Assembly: GCA_043747615.1 (NCBI GenBank)
Contig: JAYTOU010000024.1
Coordinates: forward strand, 67,295-131,294
Source: Myxococcales bacterium
GTDB lineage: Bacteria > Myxococcota_A > Polyangia > Polyangiales > Polyangiaceae
Reading direction: 5' to 3'
Length of the DNA: 64,000 nucleotides
Part shown: in pieces, positions 38,396 through 48,746 of the stretch
Layout: every line of letters starts with the position of its first letter
Position numbering within the stretch: the first letter of the stretch is position 1
Translations under genes and position numbers: made by a program
Notes under the pieces: generated by a model
Told to the model about the DNA's origin: nothing
What the model saw: the letters and a program-made list of their open reading frames with translations, nothing else
The model's database searches: none

Positions 38396-39259
38396 GTGAG
38401 CACCGTTCGTGAACGCGTCGTGAAGGCGTGGAGGCTGACCGAAAAAGTCGCGCGGGGCCTCTTCATCCATCACGCGTTCGATCACGCGGCGACGATGTCG
38501 TTCTATTTTTTTCTCGGTTCCATTCCACTCCTGGTCTTCGGTGGATTGGCGATAGGCCGCCTGGTGCAGCACGACGGGGCGGAAGCGCTCGCCGCTCCCC
38601 TCTATCACTCGATGCCCGCGGCCGCCGCAAGCCTGTTTCAGAAGGAGCTCAGCGACGTGGCCGAAGCGCGCACGTCGATCGCGCCCCTCAGCCTCGTCGG
38701 TTTCCTGTGGCTCACATCGAATGGCTTCCACAACCTGATGGATGTCTTCGAGCTCCTCATCGGCGCGCGCCCGCGTCCGTGGTGGCGTCAGCGCTTGATC
38801 GCCGTCGCGTGGGTTGCGGCGACGCTTCTCGTCTTGGTCACGGCGACCTGGACGCTTCTCATCGCCAACGATCTCCTGCCGAAACCGGAAGATGTCGCGA
38901 AGATGCCTGTTTTCGTGCGTCGTTCGCGCGAATTCTTGGCCGCGGGCTGGCAACGCTTCAGCGTCTTCGTCGTGCTTGGAACGATCTCTGCGCTCGGGCT
39001 CGGGGTTTTCTACCGCGTGGCCGTCGTGCATCCGAAGGGCGTGCGTCGCTTCGTCTGGCCAGGCACCCTCGTCGCGCACCTGCTCTTCGTGCTCGTGACG
39101 TGGGCGTTCACGAACTACGTGAGGACGATCGGCGACTACGCGATTTACTACGGAAGCCTCGCCACGGTGGCGGTCATCCTCTTGTGGCTTTATCTGACGA
39201 GCCTCGCCTTGATCGTCGGCGCCGAAGTCAACGCCCAGCTGGAAGGCGTCCGGGACTAG
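38396..39259 (+). CDS. YihY/BrkB-family inner-membrane protein
   Basis: AATMSFYFFLGSIP and YGSLATVAVILLWLY...GAEVNA. Confidence 0.9.
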   Translation: MSTVRERVVKAWRLTEKVARGLFIHHAFDHAATMSFYFFLGSIPLLVFGGLAIGRLVQHDGAEALAAPLYHSMPAAAASLFQKELSDVAEARTSIAPLSLVGFLWLTSNGFHNLMDVFELLIGARPRPWWRQRLIAVAWVAATLLVLVTATWTLLIANDLLPKPEDVAKMPVFVRRSREFLAAGWQRFSVFVVLGTISALGLGVFYRVAVVHPKGVRRFVWPGTLVAHLLFVLVTWAFTNYVRTIGDYAIYYGSLATVAVILLWLYLTSLALIVGAEVNAQLEGVRD

Positions 39260-39430
39260 GCAGAGCCCGTGTTGATCGTGGGTACCTGAGGAGCATGCGG
39301 CTGGAGCGACCTCTTTAGCTGCACCTTGATCTTGGTGGGCGCGTTGTCGCTCGCCATGATGACTTGACGTATCGGAAGGCCCGCGCGCGCCTCAAGACCT
39401 GTCGCGAAGGCCGCCTATTCCGCCCTCGCG

Positions 39431-40384
39431 TCAGTCGACAACGTGTCGTGAAGAATGATCGAAACCGAGAGCGTGTGCGGCCAGATTGGCGAGCGGGACG
39501 CGCACGAGAACGGCGATCACGGTCATCACGACCGCCGTGAGGACGAGCCCCGCGGTTCGCCACTCGGTCGTCCATGCGGTTTCGCGAACGGCCGCACGCC
39601 GCACGTCGCGCGCGAACGCTCCGGCGCTTACGGGTCGATCTTCAGGCCGCGTCGAGAGTGCCCGCATCAGGAGCACCACCAGCGGACGCGGAAGAGAGAC
39701 TCCGTGCGCGTCGGGATTGGCCGGATGGAGGCGTCCCGCAGCGCCAGACTCCTTCGCCCACGGAGGGCGCCCGACGAGCATCACGTAGAGCACGACGGCG
39801 AGCTCGAAAATGTCGGTGTTGGCGCTGGCCTGAACTCCGAAGAAGCGCTCCGGTGCCATGTACGCGATCGTACCGCGGACGGTCCCCGCATCGGTCGTGC
39901 TGAACGACGACTCTCCGACGTCTCGCGCGATCCCGAAGTCGAGCAAGACGGGTCGCTCGGTGTGGTCCTCGAGGAAGACGTTCTCCGGCTTGATGTCGCG
40001 GTGAATGACGCCGCTCAGGTGGAGCACGGCGACGGCTTGGGCAAGCGTCTCGAAATGCGCGAGCGCCATCCGGAGCGGGAGCGGCCCGTTCTCGACGCGC
40101 GCGGCGAGCGTCTCTCCGACGAGGCGCGGCATGGAAAGGTACGGACGCCCGTCCGGAAGCGTTCCTGAGTGCAAGAGCACGATCAGGCCGGGATGCGATG
40201 CCCGGCACATGCGCGTTGCCTCGTCGAGAAAGCGGCGACGCTCTTTCTCGGAGAGCGCGAGCTCGTGGTGGAGCACCTTGAGGGCGACTTCCTGCCCCGC
40301 GTGGGTGGCGGCATAGACCGTCCCGCTCCCGCCGTCCCCGAGGACGTGAGAAACGTGAAAGTCGCCGAACGCACTCCCCTGCAT
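39431..40384 (-). CDS. Ser/Thr protein kinase with one TM and very short C-terminus
   Basis: GDGGSGTVY, VALK, HRDIKPEN, LLDFG, YMAPE. Confidence 0.85.
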   Translation of the reverse strand: MQGSAFGDFHVSHVLGDGGSGTVYAATHAGQEVALKVLHHELALSEKERRRFLDEATRMCRASHPGLIVLLHSGTLPDGRPYLSMPRLVGETLAARVENGPLPLRMALAHFETLAQAVAVLHLSGVIHRDIKPENVFLEDHTERPVLLDFGIARDVGESSFSTTDAGTVRGTIAYMAPERFFGVQASANTDIFELAVVLYVMLVGRPPWAKESGAAGRLHPANPDAHGVSLPRPLVVLLMRALSTRPEDRPVSAGAFARDVRRAAVRETAWTTEWRTAGLVLTAVVMTVIAVLVRVPLANLAAHALGFDHSSRHVVD

Positions 40385-40496
40385 CGCACGTCATACGCTT
40401 GCACGCGCAAAACCTCCCCGTGCTCGCGGCGCGTTGGACGCCCGTCCTGACTGAAACATTCGGACGACCTAGCCTCGAGTGCGCTATGGTCCGGCC

Positions 40497-40775
40497 ATGT
40501 CGATCAAGCGCACGAAGGAAGTTTCGTCTCGGTCACCGCGTGAGCGCGAGGCTGATGCCATCGCAAAGCTGGCGGACAAGAAGTGGAACTGGACGAAAGA
40601 CGTCGCGAATCAGGCTGACGAGTCGTTCACGCGCTACGCCACGACCGGAAAGTTCGCTAAAGAGACGTTCCTGTTGCACTCCAAGTTCGGAAAAGGCGTC
40701 GTCACCAACGTCGAGGGCGCGCACATCGACGTCCTATTCGAGGACGGCGTCCGCAAGCTCCTGCAGACTCCCTAG
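40497..40775 (+). CDS. Small protein with SH3/Tudor-like H-x-K-F-G domain
   Basis: HSKFGKGVVTNVEGAHIDVLFEDGVRKL resembles the PcrA/UvrD C-terminal domain. Confidence 0.7.
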   Translation: MSIKRTKEVSSRSPREREADAIAKLADKKWNWTKDVANQADESFTRYATTGKFAKETFLLHSKFGKGVVTNVEGAHIDVLFEDGVRKLLQTP

Positions 40776-40801
40776 CGGATCGTCGGGCTCCGGCGCCGAA
40801 G

Positions 40802-42118
40802 CTAACGCCCGCGGCGGCCGTCCATCTCGGCCACGATCGCCCGGCAGGTCTTGTCGTCGAGGAGTCGGCGCGCGGCGGGGAAGAGCAGCTTCTCCTCGAT
40901 CGCGATGTGCGCGCGGCACGCCGTCTCGAGGCGTTTGGCCGTCTCGCTGAGCTCGGTCGCGTTGGCTCCGCTCGGCCCGCCGTCGACCATGGCCCGAAGA
41001 CGCTCGTGCAGCTCTTCATGGTGTCGATGGGCGACAGTGAGAGCCATGAGCGTCGGGGTGAGCTCGGGATGATCTGCCAACCTCGGAAAAACCGAAAGCT
41101 CTTCATCTGTTTCGTGACGACGCACCGCGCGCCCGAAATACGCTAGAAATTCCCGGATCCCCGCATCGGAGCCCTGCGCAATCGAGTTCGCGAGCTCGTC
41201 GAGGCGCGCCTCCAGGCTGCGGTGATTCGACTCGAGCAGCGCGAAAGGATCGTTGCGCTCGGCGGGCCAGCGCTCGACCGCTGGCGCGGCGATCACGCCG
41301 AAGTCCTGATGACCACGACCAGCTGCGATGAGGGCATCGAAGCGCGCGGCGATGCCAGGAAGGACGGCGAGCGGACGCTCCGTTCTCGTCTCCAGCATCA
41401 GGCGCAGATCCTTGCGTGCCATCGTGAGCTCGAAGCTCGCCGCGAAATCGCCTCGCGCCATCTTTGCGCCGCGGGTGTCGATCGTGCTCGCCGCTTTGAA
41501 GCGCGTAAAGACGGCGTGCGCGTCCGTGGCGTCGATCCCGAGCGCCTCGGCGATGGTGAAAATATCGGCGAGCCCGCCCACGATGGCGAAGATCATCGCA
41601 TTGCCAAAGAGCTTGTTCGCCGCGGCGAGATCGGCCCGTTCACCTACGAACCACACCTCGGTCGTCATCTGCTCGAGGTCCACCCTCACGCGCTCGAACA
41701 GCGCTCGCGGACCGCACGCGAGCATCAGCCCTTTGGCGTCGCGGGCCATCTGCGGTGACATGAAGACCGGCGCGTGGATGAACGGAATGTTCGCGTCGGT
41801 GAGTCGACGATGACGTGCACTCGTCCCTAGCGGCGAGGTGGTCGTGTGATCGACGACGAACGTGCTTGGGCCGAGACTCGGCGCGCACGCAGCAAGCACC
41901 GCGTCGACGGAGGCATCGTCGTTCAGCGTGAAGTGCAGGCGATCCGCGCCACGCGCCGCCTCGGTAGGATCGGTCGCGACCCGAGCTCCCAGCGCTTCGA
42001 GCAGCTTGGTTTTTTCGATCGTGCGGTTCCACACCGTGACTTGGTGACCGTGGCGGAGCATGGCCTCGACCATTCCCGAGCCCAACATTCCCGTTCCGAA
42101 GTGCGCGATTTTCGCCAT
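40802..42118 (-). CDS. Beta-hydroxyacid dehydrogenase-family oxidoreductase fused to a C-terminal hemerythrin domain
   Basis: GTGMLG, WNRT, DHTTTSP, catalytic K in NKLFGN, then H...HETDEE..FP...H...HIAIEE..LFP. ATG at 42118. Confidence 0.85.
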   Translation of the reverse strand: MAKIAHFGTGMLGSGMVEAMLRHGHQVTVWNRTIEKTKLLEALGARVATDPTEAARGADRLHFTLNDDASVDAVLAACAPSLGPSTFVVDHTTTSPLGTSARHRRLTDANIPFIHAPVFMSPQMARDAKGLMLACGPRALFERVRVDLEQMTTEVWFVGERADLAAANKLFGNAMIFAIVGGLADIFTIAEALGIDATDAHAVFTRFKAASTIDTRGAKMARGDFAASFELTMARKDLRLMLETRTERPLAVLPGIAARFDALIAAGRGHQDFGVIAAPAVERWPAERNDPFALLESNHRSLEARLDELANSIAQGSDAGIREFLAYFGRAVRRHETDEELSVFPRLADHPELTPTLMALTVAHRHHEELHERLRAMVDGGPSGANATELSETAKRLETACRAHIAIEEKLLFPAARRLLDDKTCRAIVAEMDGRRGR

Positions 42119-42131
42119 GAGCCGTCGTGCC

Positions 42132-42922
42132 CTATTTTTTGAACTGGGGGTGAGCGTAGATTTCTGCTTCGTCTTCGGGACGGCGCGCGCTCGAGCGTCC
42201 GTAGCGTTCGAGCCAGCGAGCACCGAGTGGAGCTTCGAGCGAGCTTTGCAGCGTCGCGGCGACCGTCGTCTCCATTTTCGTCCCCGTCGACGCCCCTGCG
42301 CCAACGAAGAAGCCTCCGCGCAGGAGCGCCACGCGTGCGGGCGTCGACACGCTGTACGTGTAGAGGAGCGCCCCCTCCCCATCCGTACGGCAGCGCGCGC
42401 GAATCCGGGAGAAAGCGCTCGCGGTCCAGAGCAGCTGATTGTGCTTCGGCGAGAACATGTCGAAAAAAACGAGGTCCGCATCGTTCGTCGACCCATCGAG
42501 GACGCTGAGCAGGTCCCCGCGGTGGAGCACCCATCGGGCACCGTTGCCTTCCCACTCTCCGCGCTGCATGAGAACCGTCGCTGCCTCGCGCCACGGGTTC
42601 AAGAAAGGGAAGCCTTCGGGCTCGGCGAGCGCCAAATGCAACGGAGCGAGATCGATCTCGAAGCTGTGGATCTCGATCGCCGCACCTTGGGCCTGGGCGC
42701 ACTCGAGCGCAGCTACCGCGTTGGCGGCCGCCCCGAGGCCGACGTCCAGGATCTTCAACGGTGCGGATCGAGCTATTTTCAATCGCTCCGCAAGGTTCGC
42801 CTGGGTCACGTACAAACGGTTGGCCTCTTCCCAGGGACCGCCCGCGGGGTGCATTACTTCTCCGTGTCCGACGTGACGCACGGCGCGGGCCCCGTTGCGC
42901 AAGGTGATGACGTCGAAGTCAC

Positions 42923-42926
<4 letters not shown>
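42132..42926 (-). CDS. Stand-alone MnmC/MnmD-type SAM-dependent methyltransferase
   Basis: GEVMHP..GPWEEA..LY, LDVGLG, SFE, FFDMFSPKHNQLLW, YTYS....R.ALL.GGF. Confidence 0.8.
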
Positions 42927-44047
<1,121 letters not shown>

Positions 44048-44058
44048 CGTCGATTGGC

Positions 44059-44078
44059 CGTGTGATGTGTATCACACG
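44059..44078. promoter_or_regulatory. CRP/FNR-family binding palindrome between tgt and pgi
   Basis: CGTGTGATGTGTATCACACG contains TGTGA-N6-TCACA (44061-44076) with 8-bp perfect arms. Confidence 0.6.
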
Positions 44079-44104
44079 ACACAGTCTCCCGAAGCTCGTC
44101 TAGC

Positions 44105-45763
44105 ATGCCGACCATGTCTGCTTTGACCGAATCGCCTGCGTGGCAGGCCCTCCTCCGCCACCAGCAAACGATGCGCGACGTTCACATGCGCGACCTCTTT
44201 GCGCAGGATCCCAAGCGGTTCGAGCGCTTCTCGCTCCGCGTGGGGGATCTCCTCGTCGACTATTCGAAAAATCGGGTGACCGACGAGACGATGAAGCTTC
44301 TCTTCGCCCTCGCCGAGCAAGCGCAGGTCGCGGGCTGGCGCGACAAGATGTTCGCCGGCGAAAAAATCAACGTCACCGAGGGGCGGTCCGTCCTCCACGT
44401 GGCCCTGCGCAACCGCACGAATCGCCCTATTTTGGTCGATGGAAAAGACGTGATGCCGGAGGTGAACGAGGTGCTCGCGAAGATGCGCGCCTTCACCGAC
44501 GACGTGCGCAGCGGCGCCTGGAAAGGCTTCACCGGAAAGCGAATCACCGACATCGTGAACATCGGGATCGGCGGCTCCGACCTCGGCCCGGTGATGGCCA
44601 CCGAAGCCCTCAAGCCATACTGGCAGAAGGGACTCTCGGTGCACTTCGTGTCGAACGTCGACGGCACGCACGTCGTGGAAGCCACGCGTCACCTCGATCC
44701 GGCGACGACGCTCTTCATCGTTGCTTCGAAAACGTTCACCACCCAGGAAACGCTGATGAACGCGCGCACGGCGCGGGCGTGGCTCCTCGCGGGATTGAAA
44801 GACGAAGCCGCGGTCCCCAGGCATTTCGTGGCCGTCTCCACCGCAGCAGCCGAGGTCTCTACGTTCGGGATCGATACCAAGAACATGTTCGGTTTCTGGG
44901 ACTGGGTCGGCGGCAGGTACTCGCTGTGGTCGGCCATCGGCCTCTCCATCGCCTGCGTGATCGGGATGGATCACTTCGAAGAGATGCTCGCCGGCGCATC
45001 CGAGATGGACGAGCATTTTCGAACGACGCCACTGGAAAAAAATCTGCCGGTGATCCTCGGTCTCCTCGGGGTCTGGTACTCGAATTTCTTCGGCGCGCAG
45101 ACCCACGCCATTCTTCCTTACGACCAGTACATGCACCGCTTCGCGGCATATCTGCAGCAAGCCGACATGGAGAGCAACGGCAAGAGCGTCGATCGCCAGG
45201 GGCACAAGATCACCGACTACACCACCGGTGCCATCGTGTGGGGCGAGCCGGGCACGAACGGTCAGCACGCGTTTTATCAGCTGATTCACCAGGGTACGCG
45301 CGTCGTGCCCGCAGATTTCTTGGCGCCGCTCGAGTCGCAAAATCCGAGTGGCGATCACCACGTCGTTCTCCTGGCGAACTTTTTCGCGCAAACCGAAGCG
45401 CTGATGCGGGGCAAGACGGAGGACGAAGCCAAGGCCGAGCTCGTGGCCGCAAAAACGCCGGCGGCGCTCGTCGAGGAGCTCAAGGTGCACAAGAGCTTCT
45501 CCGGGAATCGTCCCAGCAACTCCTTCATGTTCGAAAAGCTGACGCCGCATCGACTCGGCACTCTCGTCGCGCTGTACGAGCAGAAGATCTTCACCCAGGG
45601 GATCGTCTGGAACATCAACAGCTTCGATCAGTGGGGCGTCGAGCTCGGAAAGCAGCTCGCCAAAAAAATTGAGCCCGAGCTCAAAGCGCCGGGTGAAATC
45701 AGCTCACACGACGCCTCGACCAACGGGCTCATCAACTACTTCAAGGCAAAAATTACTGGTTGA
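44105..45763 (+). CDS. pgi: Glucose-6-phosphate isomerase
   Basis: [51 protein letters not shown]. Alternative start 44114. Confidence 0.98.
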   Translation: MPTMSALTESPAWQALLRHQQTMRDVHMRDLFAQDPKRFERFSLRVGDLLVDYSKNRVTDETMKLLFALAEQAQVAGWRDKMFAGEKINVTEGRSVLHVALRNRTNRPILVDGKDVMPEVNEVLAKMRAFTDDVRSGAWKGFTGKRITDIVNIGIGGSDLGPVMATEALKPYWQKGLSVHFVSNVDGTHVVEATRHLDPATTLFIVASKTFTTQETLMNARTARAWLLAGLKDEAAVPRHFVAVSTAAAEVSTFGIDTKNMFGFWDWVGGRYSLWSAIGLSIACVIGMDHFEEMLAGASEMDEHFRTTPLEKNLPVILGLLGVWYSNFFGAQTHAILPYDQYMHRFAAYLQQADMESNGKSVDRQGHKITDYTTGAIVWGEPGTNGQHAFYQLIHQGTRVVPADFLAPLESQNPSGDHHVVLLANFFAQTEALMRGKTEDEAKAELVAAKTPAALVEELKVHKSFSGNRPSNSFMFEKLTPHRLGTLVALYEQKIFTQGIVWNINSFDQWGVELGKQLAKKIEPELKAPGEISSHDASTNGLINYFKAKITG

Positions 45764-46505
45764 AAACGGTGTAGCAATCGGTCGCCTTCGTGCACATCCC
45801 GCCAGCACCGTTCTGACACGATGTGTAGGAGTCGCGCTTGGCTGCCGTCGCCGTGGTGCAAAGACCGCGGCACGTCGAGAGCTCCGAAGCAGTGATGCAG
45901 CTGAAGAAGTTCGCGCTGTCGCACGCCTGCTGACACATCATGATCTTGAACGAGTCGTCGGTGCCTAAGCCCCCGTCGACGGTGGTGCCGCCGCCGCCGC
46001 CGCCCGAGCTCGAGCCACCGCCGCAGACGCTTTGGATCTTGTCGCAGGCCTGGTTGTTCACGCAGTCGATTTGATACTGGTACGCCGTCTTCGTGCACTG
46101 GTCGGTGCAGGCCGATTTATCGCCTACCTTGATCAAGCTGCACATGACGAGCTTGTCGCAGGCCGTTCCGCAGCTGCTCGAGGTCGCGCCGCTCCCCGTG
46201 GGGGTGCCGCCGCCCGAAGGCTTCGGCTGAATCGTGGTGCGACATGCGGGATCGCAGATGGAGTTCTCCGCACAGCCGGTGAAAACCTGAATCTGGTTGA
46301 GCGTCGCCGTGTCGCAATCGCTGTAACACTTGGCCTGCCCGTCGGCAGACGAGCACATGAAGAACTTCATCTTGTCGCAACCGCCCTTGCATCGCATGAC
46401 GTCTGTGGTCGAGACGCCGTTCGCATTGGTCGCGGTTGTCGATGAGCAAGCCCCAAGCAGAAGGGCGAAGAGACTAGATGCAGCAAGTGCACTGCGGAAG
46501 GTCAT
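45753..46505 (-). CDS. Cys-rich repeat lipoprotein
   Basis: LGAC lipobox and three C-x3-C-D...C...C-x3-C modules separated by Gly/Ser linkers. Confidence 0.75.
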   Translation of the reverse strand: MTFRSALAASSLFALLLGACSSTTATNANGVSTTDVMRCKGGCDKMKFFMCSSADGQAKCYSDCDTATLNQIQVFTGCAENSICDPACRTTIQPKPSGGGTPTGSGATSSSCGTACDKLVMCSLIKVGDKSACTDQCTKTAYQYQIDCVNNQACDKIQSVCGGGSSSGGGGGGTTVDGGLGTDDSFKIMMCQQACDSANFFSCITASELSTCRGLCTTATAAKRDSYTSCQNGAGGMCTKATDCYTVFNQ

Positions 46506-46559
46506 GGTTTTTGGTCCTCTCAAGAAGGCGCGGGGCGCGCGGTGAGGGCCGAGCGTAAC

Positions 46560-48479
46560 CTATTTGGGAGGCGTCACAGGCACGACTTTGCTCGTCCACT
46601 GGCCAATGTGATTCGAGGTAGTGAGCTCTTGGAACGGCAGTAAAAAGGCCGAATAGCTGCCGTCTTGACCGAGCGCGACCTTCGCCGGGTCGACCGCGAA
46701 CATCCAGAGCCACTGATCGTTCGTGGATCGTCCGCCTGTTTTTCCGGGGACCCTCAGACCTGCGTTGCGGCGCGACGAGAGCGTCGCCCAGAACAGCTTG
46801 CCCGTTCCTTGCGTCTCTTGAAACGGCGAGAAGCGCGGGAACGTATCGGAGAGATCCGTTGCTGCGCCGTCCTCCACACCGGGGCGACCAGCCTGCGACA
46901 AACGCACGGGTGGCGTACCCGACAGAAGTGTGGCCCAGGTCTTCGCGCTCGTGTTGGAGTCGGCGTTGCACGCGCCGCTCGTCGTGTCGCCGCCCGGGCA
47001 GGTCGACTCGCTGAAGAGCAGAAACGAGGAGTCGGGAGCGAACGTCGGGTTGTAGCGACTCAGTCCTGCGCCCATCGGAACGAGCGTCGTCGGCGTGCCC
47101 CACGTGGCTCCGGTCTTGGTTATCAGGTCGATGCCGCAGTGCTGCGGCGTCTGCGAATACATTCCGTGCGTTCCCACGTGATCGAAAGCGATCTTGGTTC
47201 CATCGAGCGACCAATCCGGATGGTCGGGCTCGTAGGTGAGGGGGATCGATTCGCCCGGGATGCGCACGCCGGTGGTTCCGTCGTGGACCCACAGCTTGTA
47301 GCGCTCGGTGAGGTCGGCGCTGTCGCCGTACACCGAGACGAAGCGGTCCCCCGTCGGATTGAACGACGCGAACTGAATGTGATTGGCCGCGTCGCCTGCG
47401 AGCGTGAGTGGCTTCGGAGTGGCGACATCCTTCACGTAGACGATCTGCCCGTTCCCTTCGCCGCTGAGCGACGCCACGAGCTTGGTGCCGTCACGCGACA
47501 GTGCGTGGCAACCGATGCACGCGCCCGCCACGTCTGAGGGCTGGAGAAACACCTCCGGGACCAGCGCTTTTCCCCCGAAATCGAAGCGCATGATCGACGT
47601 GGTGGTGACCGTCCAGTAGTAGATGCCGCCTTCGACGTCGTTCTCCGCGAAGCTCACGTCGATTGCAGCGGACTCGCCGAATCCGCCGCCCGTGTCGCTG
47701 CTCGCGCGGACGCGGAGCTTGGCGGGAACGCCACCGCGGTTGGACTCCGCCACGTATTGGTAGGCCACCGGATCGAGCTGGTGAATGCACCCGCCGTTGG
47801 TCGGGGTCGGGCATCGAAGGTACGTGCGGATGTCCGCCGCGGGGCTACTGAAGGCGATCTCAAAGAGGGTGTTTGCCGCCGCACCTGGGCGGTAGTGCAC
47901 CTCCAGGCGATGGAGATTCGGCGGAAGCATCACCTTGTCGTTCGGGTAGACGAGCGACGGCGCGCGCGCGGCATCGGCGGTGCCCGTGAACTTCGTCTCG
48001 GGGTTGCTGGGGAGCGGCGTGCCGAGATCGGGGCCGGCGATGATGGCCGTGAAGTGGACCGTGAGGGAGGTCTGCGCGGTGAGCCCGTTTGCGCCGACGA
48101 TGACCGTCGTCACGCCGCCGCGACCGATGGCACTGTGAAACAGATTGCCACCGAAGGAGCCAAGCGTGGCCCCCGGACCGCTCGACGGAAGACCGAAGGT
48201 GATCTTGTCCGTGATCTCGCGATCCGGCTTCCCCGCAAATTTCCCGATCACCTTGTAGGTTTGCTGCGCGGCTGCGGACGGCGTCGCTTCGATCACGGCA
48301 TCGAGCGGATCGATCGCGAGCGCGGTGAGACCGTCGAGGGAGTGATCTCCGCCGGTCTCGCCCGTCATCCCCGCGTCGGCGTCGCCGGGAAATCCGCTTC
48401 CTCCGTCCGACTTTCCGCACGCAAGAAACAGCGCCCCAAGGACTGCACCGGCGGGCCACAGGACGCGCAGGAAACTCAT
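46560..48479 (-). CDS. Lipoprotein with Ig-like domain and TolB/PD40-like beta-propeller
   Basis: FLAC lipobox, LVYP....LPPN, GGIYYW, CIGCHALSRDG, HPDWSLDG, PTFAPD, FPRFSP. Confidence 0.75.
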   Translation of the reverse strand: MSFLRVLWPAGAVLGALFLACGKSDGGSGFPGDADAGMTGETGGDHSLDGLTALAIDPLDAVIEATPSAAAQQTYKVIGKFAGKPDREITDKITFGLPSSGPGATLGSFGGNLFHSAIGRGGVTTVIVGANGLTAQTSLTVHFTAIIAGPDLGTPLPSNPETKFTGTADAARAPSLVYPNDKVMLPPNLHRLEVHYRPGAAANTLFEIAFSSPAADIRTYLRCPTPTNGGCIHQLDPVAYQYVAESNRGGVPAKLRVRASSDTGGGFGESAAIDVSFAENDVEGGIYYWTVTTTSIMRFDFGGKALVPEVFLQPSDVAGACIGCHALSRDGTKLVASLSGEGNGQIVYVKDVATPKPLTLAGDAANHIQFASFNPTGDRFVSVYGDSADLTERYKLWVHDGTTGVRIPGESIPLTYEPDHPDWSLDGTKIAFDHVGTHGMYSQTPQHCGIDLITKTGATWGTPTTLVPMGAGLSRYNPTFAPDSSFLLFSESTCPGGDTTSGACNADSNTSAKTWATLLSGTPPVRLSQAGRPGVEDGAATDLSDTFPRFSPFQETQGTGKLFWATLSSRRNAGLRVPGKTGGRSTNDQWLWMFAVDPAKVALGQDGSYSAFLLPFQELTTSNHIGQWTSKVVPVTPPK

Positions 48480-48640
48480 TTTTTGGCCTGAAACGCAGCT
48501 CTTTTCGAGGCTTCGAGCGCAGCGGCGACCTGTTTTTTCATCGCTTCCGGATCGACGGTCACGAACTCGGTCTCGGCCTCGGCCAGATCAAGGCACGCAT
48601 CGCACGACCCACACGGCTTCTCAGCAGTGCATTTCTGCAT
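48476..48640 (-). CDS. 54-aa Cys-cluster protein (not in the ORF track)
   Basis: MQKCTAEKPCGSCDACLDLAEAETEFVTVDPEAMKKQVAAALEASKRAAFQAKK. Stop overlaps next start (ATGA). Confidence 0.6.
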   Translation of the reverse strand: MQKCTAEKPCGSCDACLDLAEAETEFVTVDPEAMKKQVAAALEASKRAAFQAKK

Positions 48641-48746
48641 GACGTAAGCCTATCTACCGGCGGAACTTTGTCCACGGCGGGCAGTCTTTGCACGACCACC
48701 CACATATCCCGCAAATTTGTGGCGTTATGGTCGGGCTCGCGAGACC

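Noticed and set aside
47514..47522. CIGCH in the propeller lipoprotein as a c-type heme site
   Set aside because: It is a single CxxCH at the start of a propeller blade in a TolB-like protein with no cytochrome context. It cannot be supported without further evidence.
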